Notes under the pieces: model-generated
Seen by the model: only the letters and a program-made list of their open reading frames with translations
The model's database searches: none
Told to the model about the DNA's origin: nothing
Shown: in pieces, positions 23,332 to 33,317 of the stretch
How positions within the stretch are numbered: the stretch's first letter is position 1
Layout: every line of letters begins with the position of its first letter
Origin: Vicinamibacterales bacterium
GTDB taxonomy: Bacteria > Acidobacteriota > Vicinamibacteria > Vicinamibacterales > UBA8438
DNA length: 64,000 nucleotides
Direction: 5' to 3'
NCBI GenBank assembly: GCA_965249175.1
Contig: OZ252227.1
Span: forward strand, 1,731,762-1,795,761
Position numbers and translations under genes: made by a program

Positions 23332-23673
23332 ATGAAATATCTACTGATAGGTCTTCTTGCCTCCGCTCTTCTTGCCTCCGCCACGATGTTTGCAACCCAG
23401 AGCAGACAGACGTTCTCAGGCACGATCACCGATGACGAGTGCCCCAGCGCCGATCATTCCGGAATGCGGATGGGGTCGACCGACGCTGCCTGCGCCATCG
23501 CTTGCGTCGATGACCACACCGTCGAGTTCGTTTTGTTTGACGGCGAACAAACCTATCTGTTGAGCGACCAGGACAAATCAAGAGAGTTTGCCGGAATGAA
23601 AGTAGCAGTCGTCGGCACGTGGGACTCCACGACCCAGACGATCCAGGTCAATTCAATGGTCGCGGCCAACTGA
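23332..23673 (+). CDS. Small exported Cys/His-containing protein
   Basis: Signal-like N-terminus; FSGTITDDEC...H...CAIAC pattern. Confidence 0.65.
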   Translation: MKYLLIGLLASALLASATMFATQSRQTFSGTITDDECPSADHSGMRMGSTDAACAIACVDDHTVEFVLFDGEQTYLLSDQDKSREFAGMKVAVVGTWDSTTQTIQVNSMVAAN

Positions 23674-23721
23674 CCCATCGATCCTCCCGGCATCCACACG
23701 GTTTTCGAATATTTCCTCATC

Positions 23722-23997
23722 CTACTTGAATTCCATCATGACCTCTGGCGTCGGGGCACCGAAGCTCGTGCCGCGCTTGACCGCGCGAACTAGCGCCCTA
23801 GTTAACCCTGCCGGTGCATGGCCATGAATAAGTGGACCCCAGGACATGACAAAGTCGATGTAGGATTGGCCGTCTTCGTCCACCAAGCATGCACCGTGCG
23901 CCCGCCGGATAAACGGCGGGGTACCGCCTACTGCCGAGAACGCTCGGACCGGGCTGTCGACACCGCCTGGTAAGATTCGTTTGGCTCGATTCGACAT
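23722..23997 (-). pseudogene. hemL: Glutamate-1-semialdehyde aminotransferase, N-terminal fragment
   Basis: [20 protein letters not shown]...[16 protein letters not shown]...GTSFGAPT then stop; about 90 codons of a protein normally over 400 aa. Confidence 0.85.
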
Positions 23998-24055
23998 GCC
24001 AAAATTGAGCCAGGCTGGTGTGGATGGGCGAGTGCCGGTGGATGGGGGTTGGCGG

Positions 24056-24523
24056 ATGAAGAGAGTTGGAACTGCAGGGTGTGTCGGATTGATGGTGACG
24101 TGTGTCTCAGTATTCGGACTGGCAGCTGAGACAGGGACTGGTGTGGTAATCCGTACCGGCGTGCAAGAGGTAACCAGTTCAGTGCTCGATGGGGTGTTCA
24201 CTGCCGCGCAGGCGCGCCGGGGTCGGCGAGTCTACAATAGAGATTGCGAATCATGTCACGGCCTTGAGCTGGAAGGCGGTGAAATGGCTCCTAGTATAGC
24301 TGGTAGCGAATTCATAGGATTTTGGACCGAGTTCCCGGTCGGTTCACTGTTCGAGAGAATTAAGGTGTCTATGCCAGAAGATGGGCCTGGGCGGCTCACG
24401 GATGAGGAATACGTTGACGTTGTGGCGTATTTGCTCGACGCTAATAGCTACCCGGCTGGCGATCAGGAACTGCCGGCTGAAAAGGTTGCTCTCGATGCAA
24501 TCATGATTGTCGCGGCTGAGTGA
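24056..24523 (+). CDS. Exported monoheme cytochrome c
   Basis: Signal peptide; [18 protein letters not shown]; Met in SMP as likely distal ligand. Confidence 0.88.
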   Translation: MKRVGTAGCVGLMVTCVSVFGLAAETGTGVVIRTGVQEVTSSVLDGVFTAAQARRGRRVYNRDCESCHGLELEGGEMAPSIAGSEFIGFWTEFPVGSLFERIKVSMPEDGPGRLTDEEYVDVVAYLLDANSYPAGDQELPAEKVALDAIMIVAAE

Positions 24524-24895
24524 AGAACTGTTCTTTGGATTTCTAAAACTTTGTGAAGGTTGGCAAGCTTCCGGTGGGGGGTGCTCTTAACTTGTTCGTC
24601 AGGTTCTCTGACAGCCTCGGGTCGCACCAGCTCAGGTGAGTTCATCGTTCCTTCTACGGACTCGCATTGCTGGGGGTAGGTGAGCGACGGGCGCGTGGCG
24701 CCGGCGGAGGAATCCGCCGTTCCCGAATCCACGAATCCCGATGCACGACACCCGGACAGACGGGCCGCTCCTGCCACGTGCGGCTTCGGCCCGCCACGTG
24801 TTGGATGTAGGTAGACTGTGGTGTAACTAGATGGACAACAAAGACTTAGCAACGCGTGTGGGGCTCACCAAGGATCTCAGCGGGAAGCGCCCCCG

Positions 24896-25540
24896 ATGGC
24901 TCACCCGTCCGTCGCCGACGGGGAGCCGCACGGTCCAGCACCCGCAGCGGTCGCGCCGTCGGTCGGAGACTCGTCACTTCCCGACGGGACGTCCCCTGGT
25001 GCGATGACGCCTCGCTCTGCCGGCGAGCCAGACACGTTGCCGCTGACGTGGTGCAAGAAATGTGAGGCAGACGTCTTGCCCTCGGGCAAGGGGAAGTGTC
25101 CCCGCTGCGGCATCTTCCTGCGTCAGAACTTCGTCGCCCGCCGCCACCCAGTCAACGTCCTACGCCGCGATGCGTTGCTCGCGGAGCTGGTAGCGGAGTT
25201 CACCCCAGGCACAATCCTCGAACGGTCGAACTGTGCACACCTGGCCGCGACGTTGGAACAACTAGAAGTGATGAAACCCGGCTCGACGGAATGGCAACGG
25301 CTTGTCACCGTGGCGCAGACACTCGGCGCCACGCTGCACGACGAGCGGTCGCGTGAGCCGCGCACCCCGACCACCTTCGACGGGATGTCGGCCTCCGAAC
25401 TCGCCGACCGCGCAGAGCAGGTGGCGACGCGCCTGCGGGAGATCGCCGACCGTGAGGCCGAGAGCGCGACCGTCGTGGCCAAGGCTGTCGCAGACGCCAA
25501 CAGCCAGGACTGCCCGAGCACGGCACCACGGCCATCCTGA
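24896..25540 (+). CDS. Hypothetical Zn-ribbon protein, possibly phage-derived
   Basis: CKKC...CPRC pairs followed by helical region. Confidence 0.5.
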   Translation: MAHPSVADGEPHGPAPAAVAPSVGDSSLPDGTSPGAMTPRSAGEPDTLPLTWCKKCEADVLPSGKGKCPRCGIFLRQNFVARRHPVNVLRRDALLAELVAEFTPGTILERSNCAHLAATLEQLEVMKPGSTEWQRLVTVAQTLGATLHDERSREPRTPTTFDGMSASELADRAEQVATRLREIADREAESATVVAKAVADANSQDCPSTAPRPS

Positions 25541-25567
25541 AGCGCCACGACGAGAAAGGACCCAGCC

Positions 25568-25747
25568 GTGGACACGACACGCGAAGACCTCATCGCCGAA
25601 TTGGCTACGCTCGAGCAGATGCTCGAGCACCGCGTGGCCATCGTCCGGGTCATTGTGGACGGAACCGGCAACGAGATTGGCCGCCTACATCGCGGCGGAT
25701 TCGTTTCACCCGGTGACTCGCGCACGAGCGAGTCGCAAGGTTCCTGA
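25568..25747 (+). CDS. Small hypothetical protein (59 aa)
   Basis: GTG start after GAAAGGA SD; not in the ORF track; translated by hand MDTTREDLIAELATLEQML... Confidence 0.45.
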   Translation: MDTTREDLIAELATLEQMLEHRVAIVRVIVDGTGNEIGRLHRGGFVSPGDSRTSESQGS

Positions 25748-25749
25748 GG

Positions 25750-26157
25750 CTAGAAGGACCATCGGACGAGCCAAGAGCGGTCGTCGGAGTCGCAGACCGT
25801 TCCGGGTCGTCGCCGCAGATGGCGAGGCCGCCCGAGAGGTGTCGTCATCCGCCACGGCGGCTGCGAGAGCAGCGTCCCATCAAGGCGCCGGCGAGGGCGT
25901 GGCGATGGGAACTCACCGAAAGGGCCCCTTCCGTAACCGCCAACTATGGGGCGAGAATGTGTGGCGTAGAGATGGGGCCCGTTTGACGGCGCGTGGTAGA
26001 CGAATCGGTAGGGTGCGAGGATCGCGGCCGCTTGGGCCGGGGTGAGCGTGCCGGTCCGAGACAACGGTTTCCCCAGGTCGGCGTTCGTGTAGACGCGCGA
26101 CTGGCTGAAGACCGGGGACGCGACGAGCAGCGCGATGGCGAGTGGGGTGAGTCTCAA
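25750..26157 (-). CDS. Exported hypothetical protein
   Basis: Signal peptide MRLTPLAIALLVASPVFS then VYTNADL. Confidence 0.5.
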   Translation of the reverse strand: MRLTPLAIALLVASPVFSQSRVYTNADLGKPLSRTGTLTPAQAAAILAPYRFVYHAPSNGPHLYATHSRPIVGGYGRGPFGEFPSPRPRRRLDGTLLSQPPWRMTTPLGRPRHLRRRPGTVCDSDDRSWLVRWSF

Positions 26158-26207
26158 GCCCTGGTGTCCTCTGCGCGCTCACCTTAACCGGACAATAGCC
26201 GCAGGTG

Positions 26208-27310
26208 TCACGGCGTTTCCGACACCGCGACGAAGTGACGCCCGGTATTCGCGAAGGATTGTTCGGCCCTGAGCGGAATCTCGAAGCGAGCGACCGGCTC
26301 CGCTTCGGGTGGCGCTAGCCGCATCAGGCTCCAGGCGGCGAAGCCGGTGACAAGAACGGCGATCACAAGGACGCTGAAGGCCGCCACCGGTCGTTGCCAG
26401 AACTGCAACGGTTGGGCGACGACCGCTTCTGACGGCGTAGCGACCGATGTCTCGAACGCGCCCTCCATCGCCAGCCGCACGGCCGACATGTCCCCGGCGC
26501 GGCGTTTCGCGTCCTTGTGCAGGCAAATGCGGAGCGCCTGCTGCGTGCTGTTGGTCACGTCGCCCGGAAGCGCGCTCCAGTCGGGCTCGTCCCGAAACAC
26601 CGACACCAGCGTGTCCGACACATCGTCCCCGACGAACACCTTCCGCCCGATCAGCATCTCAATGAACACCACGCCAAAGGCCCACACGTCGGCCCGTTTG
26701 TCCACGACCTTGCCTTTGGCTTGCTCCGGTGCCATATACGCCGCCGTCCCGATCACCATCCCCATCTGCGTCGCGGCCGCTGTGAGGGAGATGGTCGGTG
26801 AGGCCGAGACACCGGGGTTGCTTGCGTCCGGCTGAAACGCCTTCGCCAAGCCGAAGTCGAGCACTTTGACCGTGCCGTCCGGCTTGAGCTTGATGTTCGC
26901 TGGCTTCAAGTCGCGGTGGATGATTCCTTGCTCATGTGCCGCTTCGAGCGCCTCGGCGATCTGTCTGGCGATGGGCAGGGCTTCGTCGATGGGGATCGGT
27001 CCCTGGGCGATGCGGTCCGCCAGCGTCGGCCCCTCGATGAGCTCAAGGACCAGTGCCTGGGCACCGTCCGACTCCTCGAGCCCGTAGATGCTGCCGATGT
27101 TCGGGTGGTTCAGCGACGCGAGGACTTTGGCTTCGCGCTGGAACCGACCGAGCCGCTCGGGGTCGTTGGCGAACAGGTCGGGCAAGACCTTGAGGGCCAC
27201 GTCCCGGTCGAGCTTCGTGTCGCGGGCGCGGTAGACCTCGCCCATCCGCCGGCGCCGATCTGGGCGGCGACTTCGTAGACGCCAAGGCGAACGCCAGGCG
27301 TGAGAGGCAT
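26208..27310 (-). pseudogene. Ser/Thr protein kinase, frameshifted in the Gly-rich loop and truncated after the TM helix
   Basis: IGAGG / MGEVY split across frames at about 27245; [19 protein letters not shown] motifs; stops shortly after the TM segment. Confidence 0.88.
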
Positions 27311-27489
27311 GAACTGGTGCCGATTATAGCGGGGTCAACGCGGGCAGGCGGCGTATAGTAGACGGAGCGTCGGTCGTGAAACAGCACGAACCGACGCCCC
27401 TAAGCGCGTCAGCAGCGCCAACTGCCGACGGCCTGCCGCAGATTATCCCTCAGCACCGCAGACCGACGGCTCCACAGCAAGGAGGCTGT

Positions 27490-28764
27490 ATGAGAACCCG
27501 AACCCTACCCAACGGGCGCTCCGTCAACGTGCGAGACAACGGCGGCTTGAAGAAGCGTTGCGGTTGCCCCCGCCGTCAGTGGTCGAAGTGTGCCCATCCG
27601 TGGCACTTCGGCTTCAAATACGACGGCAGAGAGTGGCGATACTCGCTCGACAAGATCGCGAGCCTACGCGGAGAGCGGAAACCGAGAGCGAAGAGCGACG
27701 CATTGGCGCTCGCCGACCGCCTACGGAGCGACATCCGAAGTGGCATCGACACGGTCGGACATCCGGCACCTGCGTCGCCTTCGACCGATCTGACGTTCGG
27801 GGACATCTGCGATCTCTATCTAGCGGAACACGTGCACGTCCCGACGCGACGCTCTCGTGCCGCCAGGGAGATCGAGTATCTGCTCGGTCACTGGCGACGA
27901 GCGGAGGTGCCTGCCGCAAACGGCGCGACCATTCGCGTCGAGGACAAGCCGCTCGACTCGATAACGACGGCCGACATCGAGCACGTGCGGAACGCGCGTC
28001 GCGCTGCGGCTCGGACGGCCCGTCGTGCCTGGGACATCTATCAGGCGGCGGTTGATCGGGGCGAGACGGCCGAGCGACCTGTCCTCCCGCGTCCCACTGT
28101 GAAGGGTGGCGAGGTTGCCACCAACCGGGCTTTGGGGCGGCTGCGCCACTTGTTCGGGTGGGCTATCAGGAAGGGCCACACGGACCACACGCCATTCAAG
28201 CGCCACGGGCAGACCGTGATCTCGCTGGAGAGCAAGGTCGAGCGACCCAGGCGACGACGACTAGAACCGGGCGAGGAGGCGCGGCTCCTTGAACACGCGC
28301 AGCCCCATCTTCGGGCGCTCATCGTCGGGATGTTGGAGACCGGGTGTAGACCCGGCGAGCTACTGGCGCTGACTTGGGGACAAGTCCGCTGGACGGAGAA
28401 CGTGCTCTGTTTCTCCGACGACACCACGAAGACAGCCGTCGCCCGGACGATTCCCATCTCGCAGCGGCTTCGGGCCGAGTTGGAGATGCGTCGCACTGAC
28501 CCGAAGGGCCAGTCGTTCCCGCCGAGCGCGTGCGTCTTCGGCAACGAGGTCGGAGAGCGCGTCAAGTCGGTCAGGAAGGCGTGGACAAAGACCTGCCAGC
28601 GCGCCGGGATCGACGGGCTCCACCTCCACGATTTGCGTCGCGAGTTTGCCTCGCAGTTGCAGGAGGCCGATGTCGTCTCACCGCATGAGGTCGCGACCTG
28701 GCTCGGTCATAGCAATATCAGCACGACGAGCCGGTATCTCTCTACGACGACGGCGGGAGGGTGA
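27490..28764 (+). CDS. Tyrosine integrase; last 38 codons displaced to 30186-30300 by an IS256 insertion
   Basis: GGAGG SD; catalytic R (TGCRPGE), K, HDLR, LGH, Y (TTSRY); TSD shows the original frame continues ...TAGHLHHTLKK...ETT. Confidence 0.9.
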   Translation: MRTRTLPNGRSVNVRDNGGLKKRCGCPRRQWSKCAHPWHFGFKYDGREWRYSLDKIASLRGERKPRAKSDALALADRLRSDIRSGIDTVGHPAPASPSTDLTFGDICDLYLAEHVHVPTRRSRAAREIEYLLGHWRRAEVPAANGATIRVEDKPLDSITTADIEHVRNARRAAARTARRAWDIYQAAVDRGETAERPVLPRPTVKGGEVATNRALGRLRHLFGWAIRKGHTDHTPFKRHGQTVISLESKVERPRRRRLEPGEEARLLEHAQPHLRALIVGMLETGCRPGELLALTWGQVRWTENVLCFSDDTTKTAVARTIPISQRLRAELEMRRTDPKGQSFPPSACVFGNEVGERVKSVRKAWTKTCQRAGIDGLHLHDLRREFASQLQEADVVSPHEVATWLGHSNISTTSRYLSTTTAGG

Positions 28765-30185
28765 GCTAATCTTAGTTGAAAATTGAAACGGCTCCAGACC
28801 CTGTGGTGTGATGACGTTGCAAAAGACGGACATCACCCCACGAGAGAGAGGAGCCACGATGAGTGTCCTACGTGCTGTCAGGAAGCGCAAGAAAGTTCGC
28901 AAGCTGGGCTCGGTCAACATCATTCACCGCGAGGCCTACGCGGATCTGGAGCTGGACGCGAAGGTGGAGCTGATCCGCTCGCTGGTTCCCCTGGGCCTGA
29001 TGCATGTGCAGGAGTTGCTCGACCAGGAGGTGACGGCGCTGGCGAGCGAGCGCTACGTCCGGAAGGACGCGTCGGTCGGTGGACGCCGTCACGGCAGTAA
29101 CCCTGGGACGGTGGGTCTCGCGGGGCAGCGCGTGCCGATTCGCGTGCCCCGGATTCGTCGCCTCGCAGGGAGCGAGATTCCGCTGCGGTCGTATGCGGCG
29201 TTGCATGACGACCGCGAGGTGGACGACGCGCTGCTGCGACGGGTGCTCTACGGGATCTCGTGCCGCAACTACGCGGCGGCCGCGGCGGCGATTCCCGGGG
29301 CGATCGGGCTGTCGAGTTCGACGGTGTCCCGGGGGTTCATCCAGGCCAGCGCGGCGCAGCTACGGGCGTTCCAGGAGCGGGACCTATCCGATGAGGACGT
29401 GGTGGCCGTGTTCCTGGACGGCAAGACGTTCGCTGACGCGACGATGGTCATCGCGCTAGGCATCACGCTGTCTGGGGAGAAACGCTTCCTGGGCTTCGTC
29501 GAAACGGACACGGAGAACGCGACGGTGCTCACACCGTTCCTGCGGTCGTTGGTCGAGCGGGGCCTCGACCTCTCCCAGGGTGTGCTGGTCATCCTCGATG
29601 GCGGCAAGGGGCTCCGCACGGCCGTCCGGAAGGCCTTCCGGGGCCGGGCCCTGGTCCAACGGTGCCAGTGGCACAAGCGCGAGAACGTGGTGAGCTACCT
29701 GGCCAAGCACGAGCAGGCGGTGTGGCGTCAGCGTCTCCAGCGAGCGTACAACCGGCCGGACTACGACGAGGCCCTCGGTGCGCTCGAGACGCTCCACGGC
29801 GAGTTGGACGAGCGGAACCAGTCGGCGGCTGACAGCTTGGCGGAAGGCCTGGACGAAACCCTGACGTGACATCGATTGGGCGTGTACGGAGTGCTGGGCC
29901 GGTCGCTGAAGACGACGAACTGTCTGGAGTCGGTCAATGCGCTGGTCGAGGAACGCTGCGCGAAGGTAGATCACTGGCAGAGCTCGAGCCAACGCCACCG
30001 CTGGCTGGCGACCGCCCTCCTGGACATCGAACCGCGCTTACGAAGGGTGAGGGGCTACCGCCACCTTCCCACGCTTCGGGCCGCATTGAAGCGAGAACTG
30101 AAGATCGACACGACGACGTCGAAGAAGCAGGCCGCGTAAGCCATCGGGAGCCGTGGAGAGTTTCAACTAAGAATGGGCTTGACTC
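28757..30185 (+). mobile_element. IS256-family element, copy 1 (transposase has a premature TGA at 29867)
   Basis: IRs containing TCTTAGTTGAAA; 8-bp TSD GACGGCGG (28749-28756 and 30186-30193); FLDG, ILDG, QRCQWHK. Confidence 0.93.
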
Positions 30186-30338
30186 GACGGCGGGCCATCT
30201 GCATCACACGTTGAAGAAACTGGAGAAATCCCGAAAACGTCGCACAAACGTCGCACAAAGACCGTCGGAAAAAGAATCGGTTGACTCCGAGACGACTTAG
30301 AGCCAGCCGGAACCCCTTGCCGGTTCAAGGAGTTAAAG

Positions 30339-30415
30339 TGGTCGGGGCGCCCGGATTTGAACCGAGGACTTCCTGCTCCCAAAGCAGGCGCGCTACCAGG
30401 CTGCGCCACGCCCCG
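30339..30415 (-). tRNA. tRNA-Pro(TGG)
   Basis: CGGGGCG acceptor stem, D arm, CCTGC-TT-TGG-GA-GCAGG anticodon arm, TTCAAAT loop, encoded CCA. Confidence 0.97.
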
Positions 30416-30509
30416 TCCTCCAGTCAGAATACTTGGTTCCCCAAGTCCTTGCCTGCAACTGGTTCCAGGTCCATCATGGGCGTACTTGGATGAGCGCGAG
30501 GAGGATCAG

Positions 30510-31544
30510 ATGAGCCATCGATGTCTCGCTGCGTTGTTTTCCGTGATCGCGGTCACCGCGTTGTCAGCCATTCCTGTCGCGGCGCAGACCGCTCCGCAGA
30601 CCCCGTGGGGCCATCCGGATCTCCAGGGCGTGTGGGACTACCGCACCCTCACACCCCTCCAACGGCCCGAGGAGTTAGGAGATAAGGAGTTTCTGACAGA
30701 GGAAGAGGCGGCGACCCTCGAACGACGCACCTTGGATAGAGAGGCAGAGCTGTTGAATCGCCCCGCGGTGAGAACCAGGGCGGGTGCCAACGTTGACGTT
30801 GGGGAAGAGGGGGCGCTTGGCGCGTACAACAACCTCTGGCTCGACCGAGGGACCACCGCAATCGGGACGAGGCGCACGTCGCTGATCGTGGACCCGCCTG
30901 ATGGGCGACTGCCTCCCTTGACGGCGGAGGCGCAGCGCCTCGCCGAGTCGCCCGAAGCTCAGCGCATTGCGCTCGTGCGCCGTGGAGCACGTCCTGCCGC
31001 CATCTGGGCAGACCTCGACGCCGGGGATCGGTGCATCCAGCACGCCAAGGCCGGCCCGCCCATCAGCACGGGTGGCTACAACAACAACATCCAGCTGTTT
31101 CAGACCCCTGACTACGTCGCCATCCTCAACGAGCAAAACCATGATGTGCGCGTCGTGCCGCTGGATGGGCGACGGCACGTGAGGCCCCAGATTCAGCAGT
31201 GGATGGGCGACTCGCGCGGCCACTGGGAAGGCGACACGCTCGTCGTGGAAACCATCCACTTCAACGGAAAACACGACCAGATCGGGCGGCCACTGCTAAG
31301 TACCGGCGAGCACCTGTCGCTGGTCGAACGCTTCACGCGCACCGGTCCAGAGGCATTGCTCTACGAATACACGGTCACCGATCCCACGATCTGGACGACG
31401 TCATGGACTGCGCAGTACCCCATGAAACAGAACCCAGACTTGATCTACGAATTCGCGTGCCACGAGGGGAACTACGGTATGACCAACATGCTCGCCGGGT
31501 CCCGCGCGGAGGAGAAGGCCGCTGCACAAGCCGCAAAAGAATGA
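30510..31544 (+). CDS. Exported uncharacterised protein (PWGxPDLQG...GHWEGDTL...ACHEGN family), paralog 1
   Basis: Signal peptide; motifs shared with 35679-36686 and 62555-63307. Confidence 0.85.
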   Translation: MSHRCLAALFSVIAVTALSAIPVAAQTAPQTPWGHPDLQGVWDYRTLTPLQRPEELGDKEFLTEEEAATLERRTLDREAELLNRPAVRTRAGANVDVGEEGALGAYNNLWLDRGTTAIGTRRTSLIVDPPDGRLPPLTAEAQRLAESPEAQRIALVRRGARPAAIWADLDAGDRCIQHAKAGPPISTGGYNNNIQLFQTPDYVAILNEQNHDVRVVPLDGRRHVRPQIQQWMGDSRGHWEGDTLVVETIHFNGKHDQIGRPLLSTGEHLSLVERFTRTGPEALLYEYTVTDPTIWTTSWTAQYPMKQNPDLIYEFACHEGNYGMTNMLAGSRAEEKAAAQAAKE

Positions 31545-31588
31545 TTGGTGCACTGCTCAATCTGGCACGGCGGAAAGCCAAACTGCGA

Positions 31589-31786
31589 CTACCGATTATT
31601 GGGCTTCTTCCTGGACAGGCCCACGCCGATCACCAGGAACACGAACCACACCACATAGAGCGGGAACCACGCAGACCACCACGCGTCGCCACCAACCCCT
31701 AGGACGTACCGATTGAACAGGTTGAGAACCAGGGAGATCGACAGGCCGGTCGAGCCCATGAGGACGAACGGGTGTTTCTTTGCCAT
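31589..31786 (-). CDS. Small two-TM membrane protein
   Basis: 65 aa, two hydrophobic segments, basic termini. Confidence 0.55.
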   Translation of the reverse strand: MAKKHPFVLMGSTGLSISLVLNLFNRYVLGVGGDAWWSAWFPLYVVWFVFLVIGVGLSRKKPNNR

Positions 31787-31926
31787 ATGAGGTCACTCGT
31801 CTGATATCGGTCGCGTAGAGAGGCCCGGAGTAGGTAGACGGCATCGAGACGGCCGGCATCCCGAGACCCAAAGTCGCCGTGGTATGCGCGCGGCGACGTC
31901 ACCAATCGGTAGTGTCCTACAGGACA

Positions 31927-32622
31927 CTAGGTTGGGCGTTCGATACCCAACAGCATGAAGACCAGGAGCGGGAAGTCCGATGTGAAGTGCGCCACGATGA
32001 GGCCAAGGAGGTTCCGCCGCCACAGAAACAGTCCGGAGTAGAGAAGACCTGCGGCTGTCGAAGCGACGACCAGGTTGAGTCCACCCCACCAATGCATCGC
32101 CCCGAAGGCGATCGACGACATCAGCACGGCTGCCGTTACGCCCACGTGCTTCCTCAGCACGGTGATTGCATAGCCGCGCCACACAACTTCTTCGATTGGA
32201 GCGAACGCTGAGAGCAAGGCGAATCCGTAAAGCAGGGCTCCCCATCGGGGCATAAGCCCTGGCGGGGTTGAGGCCGGAATGATGGGCTCCAGAACCGTGA
32301 ACAGCACGGCAGCGAACACGAGGATCCCCACCCCAAGTAGGACACCGAGGAGTCCTTCGCGCACCCACCCTCGGCTCGTCAACCCGATGTCGCCGAACGT
32401 CCTTCCGGACCGAGACAGCGATCGGATGACCACAAAGAGGATGAGGTACTGACTGGGTGCACCCGTCAGAAACGCAAATTTCTGATGGGTGGAAAACGAA
32501 ACTCCGCTCAACAGAAAGAGCACCGGTTGGGTCAGTGGTACAGCGGCGAGCACGAGAAGTACGGTTCGCACCTCCGATCGCACTACCGTCTCTCGACCTC
32601 CCGGATAACCCCTCGGAATCAC
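31927..32622 (-). CDS. CPBP/Abi (CAAX-type) intramembrane metalloprotease
   Basis: EEVVWRGY, FGAMH, H motif; multiple TM helices. Start uncertain. Confidence 0.88.
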   Translation of the reverse strand: MIPRGYPGGRETVVRSEVRTVLLVLAAVPLTQPVLFLLSGVSFSTHQKFAFLTGAPSQYLILFVVIRSLSRSGRTFGDIGLTSRGWVREGLLGVLLGVGILVFAAVLFTVLEPIIPASTPPGLMPRWGALLYGFALLSAFAPIEEVVWRGYAITVLRKHVGVTAAVLMSSIAFGAMHWWGGLNLVVASTAAGLLYSGLFLWRRNLLGLIVAHFTSDFPLLVFMLLGIERPT

Positions 32623-33183
32623 CTACGACGTCGAATGAACCGTCAGCTCGACGGCGTCGATGTCGACCGTGTTGGCGTTCTGAGTGAGTCGTACGCCGAC
32701 GGCTCCGGCACTGAAATCGGCGGCACTGAGGGTGCTGCCCCACATGTCGGTGTCGCTGCCCACGCTCGTAAACGTGGTGCCGGCGCACCCGGTGGCACCG
32801 GACACCGAGGCGATGGATGTCGAATTGCCGATGAGCACCCCGCCGTCGGTCAACTGAACGGTGTTGACGCCGCCCGGGCTTTTGTATTTGACGCGAAGCA
32901 GAACGCCGACCACCGTCGCGCCCGCGGGAAGCGTGAACGGCGGAAAGGTGAAATGGGCCCACGAACCGGCGATGACACCGCCCGTACAGTTGCTGTTGGG
33001 TGGCCCAAGCGGGTTGGCGTTTGGCGGAAACGGTGTCCAATCCGCATTGTTCTTCACTGACCAACCGGACGCGTATTGCGCTTCCGACGATGCTTCCGCC
33101 GGCCCGCTCGACCCCCGTGTGAACCACCACCACAGGAAGAGCAGGAGCAGGATGAAGAGGATGATGATCGCAGCGATGCTCAT
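32623..33183 (-). CDS. Membrane-anchored hypothetical protein with Gly/Thr-rich beta domain
   Basis: N-terminal hydrophobic anchor ending WWWF, two Cys. Confidence 0.6.
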   Translation of the reverse strand: MSIAAIIILFILLLLFLWWWFTRGSSGPAEASSEAQYASGWSVKNNADWTPFPPNANPLGPPNSNCTGGVIAGSWAHFTFPPFTLPAGATVVGVLLRVKYKSPGGVNTVQLTDGGVLIGNSTSIASVSGATGCAGTTFTSVGSDTDMWGSTLSAADFSAGAVGVRLTQNANTVDIDAVELTVHSTS

Positions 33184-33317
33184 GTCGTTACCCGTACCGA
33201 GGCCGAAACCAAGACCATCCACGGTCGATTCCGTGCGCGTCGTTGCGCATCGATCTTCCGTGCCGTGGGGTCCACAATAGCAAATCGCGTCTCACGCCAC
33301 CACGTCGTCGCAGTCGG

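Noticed and set aside
31560-33300. Run of short minus-strand genes resembling integron cassettes
   Set aside because: No attC core/inverse-core pairs recognised and no integron integrase.
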